A DNA stretch of 32,000 bases from Micrococcus luteus NCTC 2665 (GTDB lineage: Bacteria > Actinomycetota > Actinomycetes > Actinomycetales > Micrococcaceae): positions 2,040,001 to 2,072,000 of the forward strand of contig NC_012803.1 in assembly GCF_000023205.1 (NCBI RefSeq), in the 5' to 3' direction. The notes beneath the pieces were generated by a model. The model worked only from the letters and a program-made list of their open reading frames with translations. It was not told the origin of the DNA and did not search any database. Each line of letters opens with the position of its first letter. The stretch's first letter is position 1. Shown here one piece after another: positions 1 to 7,870 of the stretch. The translations under genes were made by a program, and so were the position numbers.

Positions 1-2840
1 ACGGCCGGGCCGAGCTCGAGCGGCGCACGGCCGAGGCCGACGCGGGCGAGCAGCGTCTCGCCGAGGCCGCCGCCCAGCTGGACGAGGGGCAGGCCACGCT
101 CGACGCCGCGCGCGCCGACCTCGAGGAGCGCGGCCTGGAGGCCCTGCCGACCGACGCCCTGGCCCCGCTCCGGGAGGCCGAGCAGCAGGTGGCCGACGGC
201 CAGGAGCAGCTCGACGCCGGCCGCGCCGAGCTCGAGGAGCAGGCGGAGCGCCTCGAGGCCGGCCAGGCCGAGATCGACGCACAGCGGCAGGAGCTCGAGG
301 CCGGGCAGGCCGAGCTCGGCGACCGGTGGACCGAGCTCGAGGCCGGGCAGGCCGAGCTCGACGCCCAGGCCGAGCGGCTGGCCGCGGGCCGCGCCGAGCT
401 CGAGCAGGCCCGGGACGCCGCGCTGGCCGAGGCCGAGGCCGCCGGCATCCCGGCGGAGCAGGTCGCCGCGCAGTTCGCCGACCAGGAGGCGCAGCTCGCC
501 GCCGGCGAGGCACAGCTGGCGGCCGGTCAGGACCAGGCCGACGCCGCCCGCGCGCAGCTGGAGGCCGCCCAGGCCGAGGCCGACGCGGGCGCCGAACAGC
601 TCGCGGCCGCCCAGGCGGAGGCCGACGACGGCGCCGCCCGACTCGCCGCCGGCCGGCAGCAGCTGCAGGAGTCCGAGGCCGAGCTCGAGGCCGGCCGCGA
701 GCAGGTGGCCGCGGGACGGCAGCAGGCCCTGGACGCTGCCGAGGCCGAGCTCGACGCGCAGCAGCAGAAGATCGACGAGGGCCGGGCCGAGTACGAGCGC
801 GGCGTCGCCGAGCTCGAGGACGGCCGGGCCCAGCTGGCCGCCGGCGCGGACCGCCTGGACCAGGCCGAGGCCGACCTCGCCGACGGCCGCGCCGAGCTGG
901 ACGACGGCCGCGTGGAGGCCGAGCGCGGCGAGCGCACCCTGGCCCTCGCGGAGGACTTCCGCACCGTGTCCGAGGACGGCAGCACCGCCGTCGGGATCGT
1001 CACCTTCACCACGCCGACCCTGGACGTCACCGCCGAGGACAAGGAGGCGGTCACCGGCGCCCTCACCGGCGCGGACATCGACGGCGTCGCCGTGCATCCG
1101 TCCCAGGAGCTCAACGCCACCGTGCCCTCCCTGCTCGGCCCGGGCGAGGTCGTGGGCCTCGTGGTCGCCGCGATCGTGCTGGTGGTCATGCTCGGCACCC
1201 TCGTGGGCGCGGGTCTGCCGCTGGTCAACGCGCTGGTGGGCGTGGGCGTGGGCGCCGCCGGGGCGCTCGCGTTCTCCTCCGCCGTGGAGATGATCTCCGT
1301 GACCCCGGTGCTCGGGGTGATGCTGGGCCTGGCCGTGGGCATCGACTACGCGCTGTTCATCGTCAACCGGCACCGCCAGGAGCTGCGTCGCGGCACGGGC
1401 CTGCACGAGTCGATCGCGCTGGCCACCGGCACCTCCGGCAACGCCGTGGTGTTCGCCGGCGTGACCGTGGTGATCGCCCTCGCGGCCCTGAACGTCACCG
1501 GCATCGGCTTCCTGGGCCTGATGGGCACGGTGGGCGCGGTGTGCGTGGCCGTCGCCGTGCTCGTGGCGATCACCCTGACCCCGGCCCTGCTGGCCCTGGC
1601 CGGCCCGCGCGTGCTCTCGCGCCGGGAGCGCGCCCGGCTCGCCGACACCTCCCCGGCCGTCGGCGAGGGCGCCCACGCCGTGCGCCGCGCCCACCGCCGC
1701 GCCACGCTGTCCACGCCGACCGCCCTCGCCACGGCGCTCGCCTCCGTGGCCCTGCTCGTCCTCGTGGCGGTGCCGTTCTGGTCCATGCGCCTGGGCCTGC
1801 CGGACGGCGGCTCCGAGCCCGAGGGCTCGGACTCCCAGCTCGCCTACGCGCTCACGGCCGAGAGGTTCGGCGAGGGCTACAACGGCCCGCTCGTGGTCAC
1901 CGTGGACCTGCCCGCCGGCCTGGACGAGGGGCGTGCCACGGACGTCCAGCTCGACGTCGGCGAGCAGCTGGTCGCCCTCGACCACGCGCACGCCGTGGTG
2001 CCGGCGGGCTTCAACGAGGACCGCACGGTCGCGATGTACCAGGTGCTGCCCGAGGAGGGGCCCAACGCGGTCTCCACGGAGGAGCTCGTGCGCGAGCTGC
2101 GGTCCCTGGACCCGGCCGGCGACGCCTCGAACCTGGGTGTGGCGGGGGTGACCAGCGGCTTCATCGACGTCTCGGACACCCTGGCGGAGGCCCTGCCGCT
2201 CTACCTCGGCGTGGTGGTGGGCCTGTCCCTGCTGATCATGATCCTGGTGTTCCGTTCGATCCTGGTGCCCCTGATCGCCACCGGCGGCTTCATGCTCTCG
2301 GTGTTCGCGGCGATGGGCGGTGTGGTGGCCATCTACCAGTGGGGCTGGCTGGACGCCCTGTTCGGCGTCCACAACCCAGGGCCGGTGCTCAGCTTCCTGC
2401 CGACCATCATGGTCGGCGTGCTGTTCGGCCTGGCCATGGACTACCAGCTGTTCATCGCCTCCGGCATGCGCGAGGCCTACGCGCACGGCCTGCCGGCCCG
2501 TCAGGCGGTGCTGTCCGGCCTGCGCTCGGGCCGCGCGGTGGTGATGGCCGCGGCGATCATCATGATCTCCGTGTTCGGCGGCTTCGTCTTCGCCGAGGAC
2601 GCGATGATCCGCCCGATCGGCTTCGGTCTGGCCTTCGGCGTGCTGCTGGACGCGTTCGTCGTCCGGCTGCTGCTGATGCCGGCCCTGATGCACCTGCTCG
2701 GGGACGCGGCGTGGTGGCTGCCCCGGTGGCTGGACCGCATCATGCCGGACGTGGACGTGGAGGGCGCCCAGCTCGAGCGCGCCCACGCCCCGGCGCACCC
2801 CTCCGGCCCCGCCCTGGACGGCGGCGCCCACCGGGCCTGA
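1..2840 (+). CDS. MMPL/RND-family membrane transporter. This is the 3' part, and the N-terminus lies upstream of the window. It carries a long xxxLxxG heptad coiled-coil ectodomain.
   Basis: Frame 3 has no stop between nt 3 and the listed ORF start at 189, so the gene enters from the left edge. About 300 aa are Ala/Glu/Gln/Leu-rich repeats (AQLAAGEAQLAAGQ, ELEAGQAEL). Two multi-TM bundles follow, with MMPL-type motifs (GIDYALFIVNRHRQEL and GLAMDYQLFIASGMREAY). Confidence 0.85.
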   Translation, partial: GRAELERRTAEADAGEQRLAEAAAQLDEGQATLDAARADLEERGLEALPTDALAPLREAEQQVADGQEQLDAGRAELEEQAERLEAGQAEIDAQRQELEAGQAELGDRWTELEAGQAELDAQAERLAAGRAELEQARDAALAEAEAAGIPAEQVAAQFADQEAQLAAGEAQLAAGQDQADAARAQLEAAQAEADAGAEQLAAAQAEADDGAARLAAGRQQLQESEAELEAGREQVAAGRQQALDAAEAELDAQQQKIDEGRAEYERGVAELEDGRAQLAAGADRLDQAEADLADGRAELDDGRVEAERGERTLALAEDFRTVSEDGSTAVGIVTFTTPTLDVTAEDKEAVTGALTGADIDGVAVHPSQELNATVPSLLGPGEVVGLVVAAIVLVVMLGTLVGAGLPLVNALVGVGVGAAGALAFSSAVEMISVTPVLGVMLGLAVGIDYALFIVNRHRQELRRGTGLHESIALATGTSGNAVVFAGVTVVIALAALNVTGIGFLGLMGTVGAVCVAVAVLVAITLTPALLALAGPRVLSRRERARLADTSPAVGEGAHAVRRAHRRATLSTPTALATALASVALLVLVAVPFWSMRLGLPDGGSEPEGSDSQLAYALTAERFGEGYNGPLVVTVDLPAGLDEGRATDVQLDVGEQLVALDHAHAVVPAGFNEDRTVAMYQVLPEEGPNAVSTEELVRELRSLDPAGDASNLGVAGVTSGFIDVSDTLAEALPLYLGVVVGLSLLIMILVFRSILVPLIATGGFMLSVFAAMGGVVAIYQWGWLDALFGVHNPGPVLSFLPTIMVGVLFGLAMDYQLFIASGMREAYAHGLPARQAVLSGLRSGRAVVMAAAIIMISVFGGFVFAEDAMIRPIGFGLAFGVLLDAFVVRLLLMPALMHLLGDAAWWLPRWLDRIMPDVDVEGAQLERAHAPAHPSGPALDGGAHRA
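291..360 (+). repeat. Identical 28-nt direct repeat (gagctcgaggccgggcaggccgagctcg) at 291-318 and 333-360, inside the coiled-coil coding region
   Basis: Read directly from the sequence. The period is 42 nt, equal to two heptads. Shorter gccgagctcgag copies recur across 1-900. Confidence 0.9.
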
Positions 2841-2850
2841 CCGCCTCCCT

Positions 2851-2890
2851 GACGCCCGCCCCCGGCCCCGATCGGCCGGGGGCGGGCGTC
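2851..2890 (+). terminator. Perfect 17-bp GC-rich stem with a 6-nt loop, immediately after the MMPL stop codon
   Basis: gacgcccgcccccggcc (2851-2867) is the exact reverse complement of ggccgggggcgggcgtc (2874-2890). There is no clear U-tract, which is common in high-GC actinobacteria. Confidence 0.6.
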
Positions 2891-2896
2891 TATCCT
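2891..2896 (+). promoter_or_regulatory. Candidate -10 hexamer TATCCT placed 6 nt before ATG 2903, suggesting a leaderless transcript
   Basis: It matches TANNNT, and the N6 spacing to the start codon is the geometry typical of actinobacterial leaderless mRNAs. No Shine-Dalgarno sequence can fit in the gap. Confidence 0.4.
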
Positions 2897-2902
2897 GGGC
2901 GG

Positions 2903-3904
2903 ATGCGTCCCACCGCCTTCTCCCCCGCCGCCGGCTCGCCCGTCCTCGTCCTGCTCGAGACGGACGCGGACGGCGCCCCCGCCCCGCGGCTCGCGGACCC
3001 GGCCGTCCCGCACCTGAGCGTCACGGACCAGGGGGTCACGCGCGGCGACGGCATCTTCGAGACGGCGCTCGCCGTCGCCGACGGGCTCGGGACCCTGCGC
3101 ATGCGCAAGCTCGGAGCCCACCTCGGCCGGCTGGCCGCGTCCGCCGCCGCCCTGCAGCTGGCCGCCCCCGAGGCGGCGGCGTGGGAGGCCGCCGTCGCGC
3201 TCGGCCTGCGGGCGTTCACCGAGGCCAACGACGTCGCCCCCGGGGACCGCCTCGCCGTGCGCCTGACCGTCACCCGCGGCCCGGACGCGGCCGCGGGCGG
3301 CGTGCCCGCGCCCACCGCGTGGGCGCTGCTGAGCCCGGCCCCGGCGATCCAGGACGAGGAGCGGCGGCGGGGGCTGCGGGTGCTGCTGCTGGACCGCGGC
3401 ATCGACTCGCAGGCCCCCGAGCGCTCCCCGTGGCTGCTCACCGGCGCGAAGACCCTCTCCTACGCCGTGAACATGGCTGCCCTGCGCCACGCCCGCGACC
3501 ACGGCGCCGACGACGTCGTCTTCACCAGCGCGGACGGCTACCTGCTCGAGGGCCCCACCTCCACGGTGCTGATCGTGCGCACCGGGGAGGACGGCGTCCG
3601 CCGCCTCCTCACCCCGCTGCGCCAGAAGGGCATCCTCGCCGGCACGTCGCAGGCCGTGATCTTCGCGGCCGCCCACGCGGACGGCTGGGAGCTCGGCTAC
3701 GGCCCGCTCGTCCCGGCGGACCTCCAGGGCGCCGAGGGCGTCTGGCTCGTCTCCTCGGTGCGCGGCGTCCTGCCGGTGCGCGCCGTCGACGGCGTCGAGA
3801 TCCCCGTGGACCACGAGCTCACCGGCATGCTGCAGGCCCATCTGGACGCCGACGGCGATCCCGGCCGGCACGTCAGCGGCGACCCGGTGCCCACCGCGGG
3901 CTAG
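2903..3904 (+). CDS. Class IV (fold-type IV) aminotransferase, aminodeoxychorismate-lyase-like
   Basis: This is the C-terminal part of listed ORF 326..3904, starting from the in-frame ATG at 2903. Family-typical motifs are GDGIFET, LLEGPTSTV and GILAGTSQ. The upstream part of the ORF is an Arg/Gly/Pro off-frame artefact of the MMPL gene. Confidence 0.8.
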   Translation: MRPTAFSPAAGSPVLVLLETDADGAPAPRLADPAVPHLSVTDQGVTRGDGIFETALAVADGLGTLRMRKLGAHLGRLAASAAALQLAAPEAAAWEAAVALGLRAFTEANDVAPGDRLAVRLTVTRGPDAAAGGVPAPTAWALLSPAPAIQDEERRRGLRVLLLDRGIDSQAPERSPWLLTGAKTLSYAVNMAALRHARDHGADDVVFTSADGYLLEGPTSTVLIVRTGEDGVRRLLTPLRQKGILAGTSQAVIFAAAHADGWELGYGPLVPADLQGAEGVWLVSSVRGVLPVRAVDGVEIPVDHELTGMLQAHLDADGDPGRHVSGDPVPTAG

Positions 3905-3981
3905 GCTGGGGACCGGCCCGTCCGGCGTCGTCGGCCGCGGCCGCAACCGCACGTGAGATCTCCCACCACGGAAGGCGCACC

Positions 3982-4260
3982 ATGAACACGCTCGCCCAGA
4001 AGGCCCTGTCCGCCGGCATCACGCTGGTCGGCGGCATCGTCGGCTCCCGCGTGGTCGCGGGCGGCTGGCGGCTCGTCACCGGCCACAGCGCCCCGGACGA
4101 CGCGGCCGACGAGACGCTGCCCCTCGTCGAGGCCCTGTCCTTCGCGTTCATCTCCGCGGGCGTCGCGGCACTGCTGAAGGTCGCCGGCCAGCGCGGCGCC
4201 GGCGCCGCGATCCGCAAGGTGTCCGAGTCCACCGCGCACCGCGTGGACCACGAGGTCTGA
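3982..4260 (+). CDS. DUF4235-like small membrane-associated protein
   Basis: In-frame ATG at 3982, preceded by ggaagg. The sequence MNTLAQKALSAGITLVGGIVGSRVVAGGWRLVTG...AALLKVAGQRGA resembles DUF4235 proteins as I recall them. Confidence 0.65.
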   Translation: MNTLAQKALSAGITLVGGIVGSRVVAGGWRLVTGHSAPDDAADETLPLVEALSFAFISAGVAALLKVAGQRGAGAAIRKVSESTAHRVDHEV

Positions 4261-4277
4261 GCCGCCCCGCCACCACG

Positions 4278-4319
4278 ACGACGGCCGCCGTCCGGAGGGA
4301 TCCGGACGGCGGCCGTCGT
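4278..4319. terminator. Bidirectional terminator hairpin between convergent genes (19-bp stem, GGGA loop)
   Basis: acgacggccgccgtccgga (4278-4296) pairs perfectly with tccggacggcggccgtcgt (4301-4319). Confidence 0.7.
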
Positions 4320-4335
4320 GCTGTGCGGGGTGGTG

Positions 4336-4743
4336 TCAGCGGCGCCCACGAGGCCGGGCGCCGACGCGGCGCGGCCCGGGGTCCGCCGGGGACTCGGCCC
4401 GACGGACGACGGCGGCCAACTCGTCCCGGTGCAGCAGCTCACGGCGGGCGTGCTTGGTGCGGTAGCCCGTGCGGCCCACCAGGTGGGAGGCCACCGGGGC
4501 CGTGACCATCTGGGTGACCCACGCCAGGAACAGCACGGGCAGCCACACCCACGACCGCCACACGATCCCCAGCCCGGCGAGCATGAGCAGCAGGCCGAGG
4601 ACCTGCGGCTTGGCGGCGGCGTGCATGCGGGCCAGCAGGTCCGGGAGCACGAGCAGGCCCACGCCGGCCACCAGGGAGAAGAAGGCGCCGCTGACGAGCA
4701 GGAACGCGGCCAGCCAGTCCAGGAGCGTGGCGGTGTCGGTCAT
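4336..4743 (-). CDS. mrpG: Mrp/Mnh monovalent cation/H+ antiporter subunit G
   Basis: MTDTATLLDWLAAFLLVSGAFFSLVAGVGLLVLPDLLARMHAAAKPQVLG is MnhG-like. The start at 4743 overlaps the stop of the upstream gene (ATGA). It is the last gene of the mrp operon. Confidence 0.85.
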   Translation of the reverse strand: MTDTATLLDWLAAFLLVSGAFFSLVAGVGLLVLPDLLARMHAAAKPQVLGLLLMLAGLGIVWRSWVWLPVLFLAWVTQMVTAPVASHLVGRTGYRTKHARRELLHRDELAAVVRRAESPADPGPRRVGARPRGRR

Positions 4744-5078
4744 CGGCCCTCCTCCCCGCCCGGCACGTCCGTGGTGCCGGGCACGCGCGCCTGGTCCTCG
4801 AACGAGTGGTCCGGGCGCCGGTCCTCCGCGAAGCGCGCCACCGTCACCGAGCCGACGAAGCCGACGGCGGCGGCCAGCACCACGAGGACCACGTGGTGGG
4901 TGTGGCGGTGCACGGCCATCTCCAGGACGAGCATCCCGGAGAACACCACGAGCAGCACGTCCGTGGCGACCGCCCGGTCCAGCAGCGAGGGGCCGCGCAC
5001 GATCCGGTAGAGCGCACCGACGGCGCCGACCACGAGCAGCGCCCCGCCGGCCCACGTGGCCAGGTCCATGGGGTCCAT
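4740..5078 (-). CDS. mrpF: Mrp/Mnh antiporter subunit F
   Basis: The 112-aa ORF contains ALYRIVRGPSLLDRAVATDVLLV, which is MnhF-like. An ATGA overlap is present at both ends. An alternative ATG lies at 5069. Confidence 0.85.
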   Translation of the reverse strand: MDPMDLATWAGGALLVVGAVGALYRIVRGPSLLDRAVATDVLLVVFSGMLVLEMAVHRHTHHVVLVVLAAAVGFVGSVTVARFAEDRRPDHSFEDQARVPGTTDVPGGEEGR

Positions 5079-5695
5079 CAGGCCTCCTCCTTCGGGGGGC
5101 GGGCGGCGGGGGGCGCCGAACTCGGGAAGCGGCGGACCAGCTCGAGGTCCTCACGCGTGCCGACGGCGCGGATGATGCCCGCCTCCACGTCGAGGGCCTT
5201 GGCGCGGAAGCCCTCCACGTCCTCGTCCGTGGTCGCGTCGAGCACGTGCAGGTACAGGACGGAGCGGACCCGGTCCACGTCCAGCACGATCGAGCCCGGC
5301 ACCAGGGCCAGGGCGTGGCTGACGAGCGTGATGATGAGGTCGTCGTGGCTGCGCAGCGGGACGCCCACGATCGAGCCGCGGGCGCGGCGGCCACGCAGCA
5401 GCACCGTCCCGGTCACGTTGACTGAGGCGCGCACGACGTCGACGAGGAACCGCACCGTGAACACGAGGGACCACCAGGGGTTCAGACGGCCGCTGAACGG
5501 GATGTCCGGCATCGGGAAGAGCCCGATGATCAGCAGCGCGAAGGCGAGGCCGGTCAGGGCCACGTGCGGAGCGAAGTCCTGCCACAGGGCGCACCACACG
5601 GCCACCATCACGAGGATCAGCGGCCACTGGGCCACGATGCCCCGGATCCGGTCGGGGCGCACCACGCCGCGGCGGGCGGAGTCACTTCCGGGCAT
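5078..5695 (-). CDS. mrpE: Mrp/Mnh antiporter subunit E
   Basis: The 205-aa ORF has an MnhE-like layout (two N-terminal TM segments, then ...SLVPGSIVLDVD...LYLHVLD). Its start overlaps the mrpD stop by 14 nt. Confidence 0.85.
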   Translation of the reverse strand: MPGSDSARRGVVRPDRIRGIVAQWPLILVMVAVWCALWQDFAPHVALTGLAFALLIIGLFPMPDIPFSGRLNPWWSLVFTVRFLVDVVRASVNVTGTVLLRGRRARGSIVGVPLRSHDDLIITLVSHALALVPGSIVLDVDRVRSVLYLHVLDATTDEDVEGFRAKALDVEAGIIRAVGTREDLELVRRFPSSAPPAARPPKEEA

Positions 5696-7313
5696 CGTGC
5701 ACCTCCGTCGGGTCGACGCTGAGGGTGGCCGCGGCCCGCTCGGCCGCGGCGTCGTCGAGCACCGCCGCGATGTAGGGCGAGCGGTCGAGCATGTCCGTGG
5801 CGGCCTCGTCGGCCAGGGCGAACAGCGGACCGGCGGCCACCGTGAACACCAGCGTCAGGCCCACGAGCGCCGTGGTGGGCAGCACGAGGCCCGGCTCGAG
5901 CGGGCGGGGGCGCTCGCCACGGGCGACGGCCCGCTCGTAGGCGGCCACGAGCTGGGCGGGCGGGTGCTCCACGTCCTCGACGCGGCGCCAGAACGCGCGG
6001 GTCCACACGCGCACCACCACGAGCAGGGTCAGCAGGGACACGAGCAGGGACACGCCCACCAGCGTGTAGGCCAGGGGCGTGGCCTGCTCGACGCCGCCGC
6101 GCAGCAGGCCGACCTTGCCGAGGAAGCCGGAGAACGGCGGGATGCCGCCGAGGTTGAGCGCGGGCACGAGGAACAGGACGCTCACGAACGGGGAGACCTT
6201 CGCCAGGGACCCGAGGCGGTCGATGTTCGCGGTGCCGGCGCGGTTCTCGATCAGACCCGTGACGAGGAAGAGCGCGGTCTGCACGGTGATGTGATGGGCC
6301 ACGTAGTACACGGTGGCCGCCAGCCCCGCCTCCGTGGCCAGGCCCAGGCCGAAGATCATGTAGCCGATGTGGGAGACGAGGATGAAGGACAGGATGCGCT
6401 TGATGTCCGTCTGGGCCAGCGCGCCGAGGATGCCCACCACCATGGTCAGCGCGGCCACCACGAGCAGGAGCGCGTTGACGTGCTCCCCCGGGAAGAGCAG
6501 CGTCTCGGTGCGGATCATCGCGTACACGCCCACCTTGGTGAGCAGGCCCGCGAACACCGCGGTCACCGGGGCGGGCGCGGTGGGGTACGAGTCCGGCAGC
6601 CAGAAGGACAGCGGGAACACGGCCGCCTTGATGCCGAAGCCCACCAGGAGCAGCACGTGCAGGACCATCTGCACGTCGGTGGGCAGCTCGCCCAGCTTCA
6701 CGGCCAGGTCCGCCATGTTCACGGTGCCGGTGGCCGCGTAGATCATCGCGATCGCGATCAGGAACACCACCGAGGAGAGCACGGAGACCACCACGTAGGT
6801 GATGCCCGCGCGGATGCGCTGGGCGGTGCCCCCCATGGTCAGCAGCACGTAGGAGGACGTCAGGAGGATCTCGAAGCCCACGTAGAGGTTGAACAGGTCG
6901 CCGGCGAGGAACGCGTTGGACACGCCCGCCACGAGGATCAGGAACGTGGGGTGGAAGATCGAGACCGGCCCACCCTCGTCCCGGTTGATCAGCCCCTGCG
7001 CCGAGGCGTACAGCAGCACCGCCAGGGTGACCAGCGCGGACACCACGAGCATGAGGGCCGAGAGCCGGTCCACCACGAGGGTGATGCCCAGCGGGGCCGG
7101 CCAGCCGCCGAGGTGGACGGCCGCGATCCCGGTGTCCCAGACCGCGGCCAGCAGCAGCGCGTCCAGCACGAGGGTGAGCACGAGCGCGGAGACCGTGACG
7201 GTGATCTGCGCGCGGGGGCGACGCACGAGCATGAAGGTCACGGCCGCGCCCAGCACGGGCAGCATGACGGCCAACGGGGCCAGGTCGGTCAGGGGGAGGG
7301 TGCCGATGCTCAC
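5682..7313 (-). CDS. mrpD: Mrp/Mnh antiporter subunit D (NuoN/NuoM-like proton-pumping subunit)
   Basis: This is the membrane part of listed ORF 5682..7577. I place the start at GTG 7313 ([25 protein letters not shown]), which gives a GTGA overlap with the mrpC stop. The 88 upstream codons are Arg/Gly/Pro-rich and lie inside mrpC. Confidence 0.85.
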   Translation of the reverse strand: MSIGTLPLTDLAPLAVMLPVLGAAVTFMLVRRPRAQITVTVSALVLTLVLDALLLAAVWDTGIAAVHLGGWPAPLGITLVVDRLSALMLVVSALVTLAVLLYASAQGLINRDEGGPVSIFHPTFLILVAGVSNAFLAGDLFNLYVGFEILLTSSYVLLTMGGTAQRIRAGITYVVVSVLSSVVFLIAIAMIYAATGTVNMADLAVKLGELPTDVQMVLHVLLLVGFGIKAAVFPLSFWLPDSYPTAPAPVTAVFAGLLTKVGVYAMIRTETLLFPGEHVNALLLVVAALTMVVGILGALAQTDIKRILSFILVSHIGYMIFGLGLATEAGLAATVYYVAHHITVQTALFLVTGLIENRAGTANIDRLGSLAKVSPFVSVLFLVPALNLGGIPPFSGFLGKVGLLRGGVEQATPLAYTLVGVSLLVSLLTLLVVVRVWTRAFWRRVEDVEHPPAQLVAAYERAVARGERPRPLEPGLVLPTTALVGLTLVFTVAAGPLFALADEAATDMLDRSPYIAAVLDDAAAERAAATLSVDPTEVHDARK

Positions 7314-7870
7314 GGGCGCGGCCCCCCGTCGGCGCGGTGGGCACGGACGGCGGACGCCGGGCCGGGACGGGCGGGCGGCGTAGGCGAGGCGTGGCGCACG
7401 TGGGGTCGGGACTCCGTGGCGTGCTCGTAGTGGGCGTTGGGGTCCGCGGCGTCGTCCAGGAACTCGGAGGACTCCTCCACGAGCTCCGCGTCGTCCTCCG
7501 CGTCCCAGGCGGGCATCCGGGCGATCTTGACGTCCTCCGCGTCCACCTCGACCTCGTCCTCGCGGATGAGCAGCCACGAGCGGTAGATCATGGCGGTCAG
7601 GAACGCGACCACGGCGAAGCCGATCACGATCGCGGTGAGGATCAGCGCCTGCGGCAGGGTGTCCGCGTACTCGTGCGGGTCCCGGCCGCGCACGAACAGC
7701 GGGGCCAGGCCGACGCCGCCGGAGGCGAGGAACAGCAGCATGATGGCGCCGTTGTTGATCAGCATGATCCCCAGCAGGATGCGGGTCAGGCTGCGCTCGA
7801 GCACCAGGTAGATCCCCCCGGCGAACATCACGCCCATCGCCAGGAGCAGGGCCAGGTCGACGGTCATCAT
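7310..7870 (-). CDS. mrpC: Mrp/Mnh antiporter subunit C (NuoK-like) with a long acidic C-terminal tail
   Basis: This is the C-terminal part of listed ORF 7310..9691, starting at ATG 7870 ([45 protein letters not shown]). It has three TM segments and then about 80 aa rich in Asp/Glu. An ATGA overlap links it to mrpA. Confidence 0.85.
   Translation of the reverse strand: MMTVDLALLLAMGVMFAGGIYLVLERSLTRILLGIMLINNGAIMLLFLASGGVGLAPLFVRGRDPHEYADTLPQALILTAIVIGFAVVAFLTAMIYRSWLLIREDEVEVDAEDVKIARMPAWDAEDDAELVEESSEFLDDAADPNAHYEHATESRPHVRHASPTPPARPGPASAVRAHRADGGPRP

Noticed and set aside
326-2902. Upstream 860 aa of the 1192-aa ORF 326..3904, which is Arg/Gly/Pro/Ala-rich
   Set aside because: It is an off-frame reading of the MMPL gene, with composition typical of wrong-frame translation in high-GC DNA. 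Only the part from ATG 2903 onward has a recognisable protein signature (class IV aminotransferase).
4806-7430. The 874-aa plus-strand ORF antisense to mrpD/E/F, and similar long ORFs (5617..7344, 9391..11511, 9869..10906 and 10978..12297)
   Set aside because: These are antisense or off-frame relative to strongly supported polytopic membrane genes. Their His/Arg/Gly/Asp/Glu-rich low-complexity composition carries no family signature. Long spurious ORFs are expected because stop codons are rare at this GC content.
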